Assembly: GCF_009914755.1 (NCBI RefSeq)
Contig: NC_060930.1
DNA from: the human T2T-CHM13v2.0 reference genome, Homo sapiens
DNA: 64,000 nucleotides
Strand: one strand, 5' to 3'
Shown here: in pieces, positions 57,601-64,000 of the stretch
How the letters are laid out: each line of letters begins with the position of its first letter
Position numbering within the stretch: the first letter of the stretch is position 1
Notes under the pieces: generated by a model
Told to the model about the DNA's origin: nothing
The model's input: the letters and a program-made list of their open reading frames with translations, nothing else
The model's database searches: none
Position numbers and translations under genes: made by a program

Positions 57601-58879
57601 ATTTGTTTTGACTGTCACTCATTGATACACAGACAATTGATTGGAAAAAGAAAGAAAATAATTAAGCCAGAACGGTTCTTTGGCACACAGAAAAATTCTC
57701 CTATAACACGCTCCTTGATTTTCTTCCTTTTACTTTTCACTGCATTCAAGCAAACAATGTTTGCGTAGATGTTGTAATCACCTGTTTGAAATGTTCTATG
57801 TTATCTTCAGATTGGCTTCTGATTCTCTCATGTGTATCATAATGTCCTATCATGGAAATGAGTATTCAACTAAGCATCTGCCCACTGATCAACTGGAATC
57901 ACCTTGACCACATAATCACAATTCTAACCAGGAGGACTTTAGGTGGAGGCTGTTTCAATCAAGAATTCAAAATTTTAGAGAAGCATAATGTGTACCAGAA
58001 AAGATATCTAGGTCAGATTTCATCTCCTCTAGTTTTCATATTCCTATTTTTGTTCTCACCTCACATTGTTCCATCAAACCATCATCAAGCCATACTGATT
58101 AAAGATTCCCCCTGCCTACAGCTGTGTTAGGATTTTGATGACATAAATTAATTGGTATGGTTTCAGTCATTTGGAAAATTTTTGAAAGGTTATTGCAACC
58201 CAGCATTTTCATATTTTAACGTTAAACCATTTTAAATATTAAAACATGTGGTGGAATCCCGCTTAATCAGAGTTTTACTTTTATTTATTTAGTCTACAGA
58301 TAAAACTTGGGGCATATAATAATCCTACAGCTTTTTAATCAGTCGATGACATACAGTGTAGAGACCACTGACGGCGCACAGGCAGACACTCTGGTGTATA
58401 ATAGTTGATCAAAAGATGTACTGGAAGTAATACTTTTTAAAGAATAAATTGCCAAGTTTTGGACTGACCCAATTAAAGAATAAATCAGGATGGATTCAGT
58501 GGTATATCAAAGAATTATTATTCCTACATTTCTTCCGGTGATTTTTTTTGTGTGTAAGTAGGAGAGAATGGGTGCAGTTGTAGGTAGTGTGCTTGGAAAA
58601 AAATTCATAACCAAATATCTATTGGTTATTATTATGTGACAATCCCTATGGTTTATATGCATTATTTCATTAAAACACATGAATTAAGTGTTTTTATTTT
58701 CTGCAACCTTTAGAGGAAATGAAACCTTAGCAAGGATTCTGATGTAGTTCTGCCTAATCCTGAAACCTGAACATGGGAGTTCCTTATGTATATAAGGCTC
58801 CTCCCTCTCTCATGGTACAGCAGAAACAAAGTCAAGAATGAATGTGCTGTGGCACGCACTCACAAGGAGTTTCAGGGCT

Positions 58880-59095
58880 TACATGGCATATTTACATTTT
58901 TAAAATCTCCTTCAAACCTCTCATTATTACTGTGAGATAGTATTACTGTTATTACATTCATATTACAAACAAGGAGATTGAGTATCAGGGGTGCTGAATA
59001 AATTGCCTAAGTTTACAGAGCTGGTAACATAAACCCAAGATGAAGCTCAGGTCTCTGACTCAAGGTCCCCTTACTATTTCTACTACATTTCATTA
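58880..59095 (-). mobile_element. MIR
   Basis: ctgtgagatagtattactgtt..ttgcctaagtttacagagctggtaa..caggtctctgactcaag. Confidence 0.7.
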
Positions 59096-60958
59096 CTTCC
59101 AAATGTAAACATAACAGTTATCAAAATCAAGCCTGTGTGTGCCCATGTGTGCTAAATATAAATTTAAGTTGTCATTATTTATTTCCCTCCTGTAAATAAA
59201 CAGATCAAAAGAGAATCCGGTAGACTTTGAGTTGTACAACACCTAAAATATTCCATGACAAGATAAAAAAATCTCTGAATTATAAAAATACATTATTAAT
59301 GTGCACTGAGGTTAGCATCGTAAATATCAGTACCTGGCTCTTGGTCTGGCCTGGATGTTCTGATAAGAAAATGAAAATGGCGAGAGATATTGTTTAAAGA
59401 GAAATGTCACGGAAGAAACTTTGACCTGAATCCCATAAAAGAGTTAGGGGAAAATGGAACTGAAAAGTAAACTATCAGATTTCCTCAGGCACAGGATTAA
59501 GCTGTGACAGTTTTATCTAGAGGTGGATGAGGTATTTTTTCTCCACCATGATTTATGAGGTACAAGAAATAACTTCCCTGTCCAGAATTACCTTTGCCAT
59601 TTGCAGTGACTGCTATCCTCATCATTAGACTTTGTTTTCATAAAGTGAAGGTGTTATCTCCATGAAACTCCATAAAATTACCATATTTCCTGCACAGAAA
59701 TCTGTATTCTATATTGATCATTATCAGATTGCTTTTAGTGATAACTGGCAAAGAAGGCAGAACACATAGGACTAATGTAGGGAAAGGTAGAGAGAAAAGC
59801 CAGAAAGCTACATTATTTTATTGGAAGGCTAATTTTGGTGCTGGAAGGCAATCAGTCATTCACTTAACCATTCAACAGACATACAGTGGAAGACCTTCCA
59901 TATGCAAGATGCTGTCCTAGGTGCTGAGTCACAGCACCACCAGTCATGAGCCTGTATTCTCACAGCTAGTGATAATAGCAGGGTAGCAGCTCATGCTAGT
60001 CTCTCTTCCTCCACCATAAAAGCTTTCTGAGAGGATGTCTTCAAGATATGAAAACCTAAAATATTTTGGATCAAATGTATTTTACCCGGGAGGAGGAGCA
60101 ATGAAAAAAAAAAACGAGTCTGAAGGCAAGACATGTTTGGAAAAAGCTTTTTCAAAAATTTTTCTTCTCCATATACCTGGGCAGGGTGGAAGTTTCAGGA
60201 CACGGAGCTGCAAATAGTGGCAGGGTAGACTCAAAACATAAGAACAGGAGATGTATTTGAGAAAAGCTGTAGGTGTTGATTATTTGAAATAGATGCTATG
60301 TAGGAAGATAAACTTTAGTCAAGAGCCAAGGCAGGATTTGAAGGCAAAGAACGTCCGGGAGTGAAGTGCAAGGTGGAACAGATGAGGAGCTATGATTCAA
60401 AAAGAGGGAAATTCTTCTCTTTTTTTCAACAGCTATAATGAAGTAGTGGTCATATTCATGGTGAGGTGGAAAGAGAGCAGAACAGTGTAAGATACTTAAT
60501 AACCACATACAGACTGCAGATCAAGTGACGGTGATGTTGTTTTCTTTTATAGTTCTTCATTTCCAAACATTTTGTGGAGGCTGTGTAAGGGAGGCATGTC
60601 AGACAGTCTGGCATATTGTCTCAGAAGCTGATGAGTGGGGAATGCCTGAGCCAAGCAATGTGAAAGAATGCCTCTTTCTTTTAGGACATCCCTCAAGATA
60701 ACTCAAGTCCTTGTTATGCCAAGATTGTTTCTGACATAGGAGTTGCACAGGTGACAAAATGTCTTCTGCTAGCAGAATTGATTATGCAATGAGAATTTTA
60801 CTCTTGGTAGATTATTTATCCTGCTTTTATGATGTACCCTCAGAGACAGGGAAAACATAAGATGGAGAATCAGAAGGCGACACAGACTTCTTGAATTTTG
60901 AGAATGGAATTTTATGGGCTTGAAAAGAAGTGTATTATGTAACAAATATAGCTTACAG

Positions 60959-61679
60959 CAGCAGTTCCCAAAGTGTGGTCTCGGGACTCCTGAGGACCCT
61001 TGAGACCATTTTGGAGGTTCATGAACTATTTTCATACTAATATGAGGATGTTTTTTACCCTTTCACTTATCTTCTCAAAAATGATTGGTACAATTTTCCA
61101 ATGGCTTGACAAGATGTTTGATATCACAACAGACTATACGCAGAAGCAGATATGATAATCCAGCTATCTTCTATGATGCAAGACATTTACGATATTTGTA
61201 GAAATATAAAACGATGCCACTTTTCATATATACACATTTTCTTTTTTTAAGATGGAGTCTTGCTCTGTCACTCAGGCTGGAGTGCAGTGGCATGATCTTG
61301 GCCCACTGCAACTTCCACCTCCTTGGTTCAAGCGATTCTTTTGCCTCAGCCTCCTGAGTAGCTAGGATTACAAGTGTGAGCCACCAAGCCCAGCTAATTT
61401 TTTTTATTTTTTATTTTTTTTGTAGAGATGGGGTTTTACCATGTTGGCCAGGCTGGTCTCAAACTCCTGACCTCAGGTGGTCTGCCCACCTAGACCTCCC
61501 AAAGTGCTGGTATTATAGGCATGAGCCACCAAGCCCGGCCAGTAATACAAATATTTTTTACACTCTCAGTTTTAATTTCCACTGTGATAGACATAGCATA
61601 TATTAATAACACATATTGGGGTCCTCAATAATTTTTAAGAGCACAAAGGTCCTGAGATAGAAGAATTTGAGAACTTCTG
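60959..61679 (+). mobile_element. MER119 (hAT-Charlie) interrupted by an Alu
   Basis: cagcagttcccaaagtgtggtc..gcagaagcagatatgataatccagctatcttct..tttgagaacttctg. Confidence 0.85.
61237..61540 (-). mobile_element. AluS (Sx/Sz-like)
   Basis: Full dimer with expanded middle A-rich linker. Confidence 0.95.
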
Positions 61680-61920
61680 CTCTAGAATGTTTGAAAAGCA
61701 AAGTCTAGCCATTTGTTAGGACATGAGGAAAAAATCAATTATTTTCCACTTTTTCTCAAAAATCAATTGGAAAATGACAAAGTGAGTGAGAAACAAAAAT
61801 GGAAGTTCTATATTCAACACAATTGTGGAGTACCTAAAATTCCAAACTAAAACATGAGGAGGGACAGCTAAGTGTAATAAAATGTGGACTAATGTAGAAG
61901 AAGAGAAAATGATGTCAAAA

Positions 61921-63539
61921 TGTTGCAGGATTCTTCAGGTGTCACTTTTCCAGCTGGAAACCTCTGTGGCCGGTGGCACCTTCGCCCGAGTTTTGCTCGA
62001 GCCCACTGGGCTTGTTCCACCCACCTGGCCTGGCAGGCTGTGCTCAGCTCATGCTACTGGCCGGGATCCCATGCTTGCCAAGGGCAAGCCAGACATGGAG
62101 TGGAAAAGGATGCATGAACTAGTGAGTGCAGGATCTGGCCACTGTGCACAGCCAGGCATGCCAGCTGCTGCAGCTGTGTGGGCAGCTCCAGGTGCTGGCT
62201 CTATGAGATCCTGTGGCTAGATCAGATGCACTGCAAGCAGCTTCCGTTGCTGGCACCTGCATCTGGATGAGGGGAATGTGCTAGTGCCCAGAAGCTTGGA
62301 GACACCAGAAACTGCAGAGCCCCAAAGAGGGTGTCACAGCCCTGGCTCGGGGAGCTTCTTGGTCTGGGCCCTGAGAAGGGCCACAGTTCTTCTCTCTTCC
62401 TCATCACCTGCAACTTGGTGAGCAAGGAGGGGCATGTTTCAGCCCTGTTTGTGTTATAGCTTGTTCAGCTCCACCATTTGGCAAGTCCCGAGTTCTTGTC
62501 CTGCGTCCAGGAAGAATGAGGTATGCGGACAACTGAAGGGTGAGCAAGGTGAAGAAGTGCTTTACTGAGCAAGAGTACAGTTTTCAGGAAACCCAAAGTG
62601 GGTTGCTCCTTTCCACAGGCAGGTCATCCCATCGAGTGCAGCTCTCAGTGGAGAGAAGATCCAGAGTGGAGCTCCTATCTGCAGGCAGATCATCCCAATG
62701 ACTGTGCAGCCCCCAGCAGAGAGGACACCTGGAGTGGGTACCTCCTATCCACAGGCAGATCATCCTGAGTCTGGCTGAGTCTGGAGTTTTTATGGGCTTC
62801 AGAAGGAAGGAAGTGCATGCTGATTGGTCCATGGGCATCCATGCGCAGGCCTGGAAAAAGCACTGTTAAGTTCTCACTCTTGCACAGACTCTACTGAACT
62901 GACAGCCAGGCTCCCATGCTTCAGGCCTTCCCAGGCTTGAAGGTGGGGTTTAACTGAAGACCCTCCCCTTTCCACCCAGGAGCCTGCCTCCTGCCACCAT
63001 CAACATGTTGTCTATGGCACCCAGGCTATTTGTGACAAGGGGTGCCTGCAGGCCTGTGCCAAGCCATCCTCAGCCCCCTCTCAGCTTCCTTCCTGTGCTC
63101 ATCGGTGCCCAAAGTCTGGAGGTGGCCAAGGTGGCAGGGATTGGCATGTCAGTGCCACCCTCAGAACATGCACACCTGGCTGGGTTGTGACAGTGCTGGA
63201 GCTCAGCCTCCAATTTTGCTCTGAAATTGGAGTGGGTGCTGGGAGTAGGGAGAGGCCAGGCAGTGGGAGCAGGCACTCCCAAGCCTGTGGGGATGGGGGG
63301 CCAGGGGGGTTTCCTGGGCCCTCAAGAGTACAGGAATGCCCAGGTCAGCAGCCACAGCTGGGTGACTGCAGCTGTGCCCAGGAGGGCAGGGCTCCTGCCC
63401 CACCAACTTGGAAGGGGGCAAGGCTCCCACCTGTTCCTGGCTCCTGTGAGCTCCATGGAGCATGTAGCCCTAGCCACCCTCTCCTGTTGCAGCTGGCATC
63501 TTCGCAGTGGCTGCTCCAGTTGGGCCACCACTGCCATCA
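61921..63539 (-). mobile_element. MER52 (ERV1) solo LTR, about 1.6 kb
   Basis: TG..CA termini. The reverse complement begins tgatggcagtggtggcccaactggagcagccactgcgaagatgccagctgc, matching the MER52 5' end. Confidence 0.9.
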
Positions 63540-63620
63540 ACAAGATGGCAGCTGCTGAAGACTTTTTGGCATAGATGACAGAATACACAGAATACACAAT
63601 TCTAATAGATAGCACACTAG

Positions 63621-64000
63621 TTTTTTTTCCCCCTGTTGTGATATGATACATATACCATAAAGCTCACCTTTTAAAAGTGTACAATTCAGGTATTTCTAAT
63701 ATATTCAAAGAGTTATACTACCAGTACCACTATTTAATTCTAGTTTATTTGTGTCACCTAAAAGAAACACATACCCATTAGCTGTCACTCCCCATTCCCC
63801 GCAATCATTAATCTACTTTCTATCTCTATGGATTTACCCATTCTGAACATTCTATATAAATAAAATTATATAATATGTGACTTTTTGAGTCTGGATTATT
63901 TCACATGGCATATTTTCAGAGTTCATCTATGTTTTAGCAAGTATCAGAACTTCATTTGTTTTTATAGCCAAATGACCTTCTGGTGTATGGATATGTCATA
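63621..64000 (-). mobile_element. L1MB (L1MB7-like) 3' end, continuing beyond the window
   Basis: aaagtgtacaattcag..aaaagaaac..acccattagctgtcactccc..taatctactttctatctctatggattt. Confidence 0.85.

Noticed and set aside
62596-62766. Three 66-70 bp direct repeats, superficially array-like
   Set aside because: Internal tandem repeats of the MER52 LTR. There are no unique spacers, the context is eukaryotic, and it is not CRISPR.

Overview
AT-rich primate (human-like) genomic DNA, judged from AluJ/S/Y, L1PA, THE1, MSTB and MER52 elements. I recognise no intact protein-coding gene, RNA gene or CRISPR array. The longer ORFs I could interpret are Alu-antisense, L1, LTR or simple-repeat artefacts. About 40.2-54.6 kb is one ancient minus-strand L1M with several nested younger insertions (two L1PA15/16-type pieces, L1MA2 carrying a THE1, and three Alus). 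The rest mixes old MIR/L2/CR1/DNA-transposon fossils with unique sequence. The best leads are: (1) plus-strand splice-competent segments, one of which (2332-2578) looks like a decayed coding exon with an L-[R]-K-R|HAD..TDNY motif; (2) a repeat-poor, motif-dense putative enhancer region at about 33.7-37 kb; (3) several readable rearrangement scars. Repeat subfamily names come from recalled consensus sequences, not a database search. I cannot name the locus, and no novel biological system is established from sequence alone.
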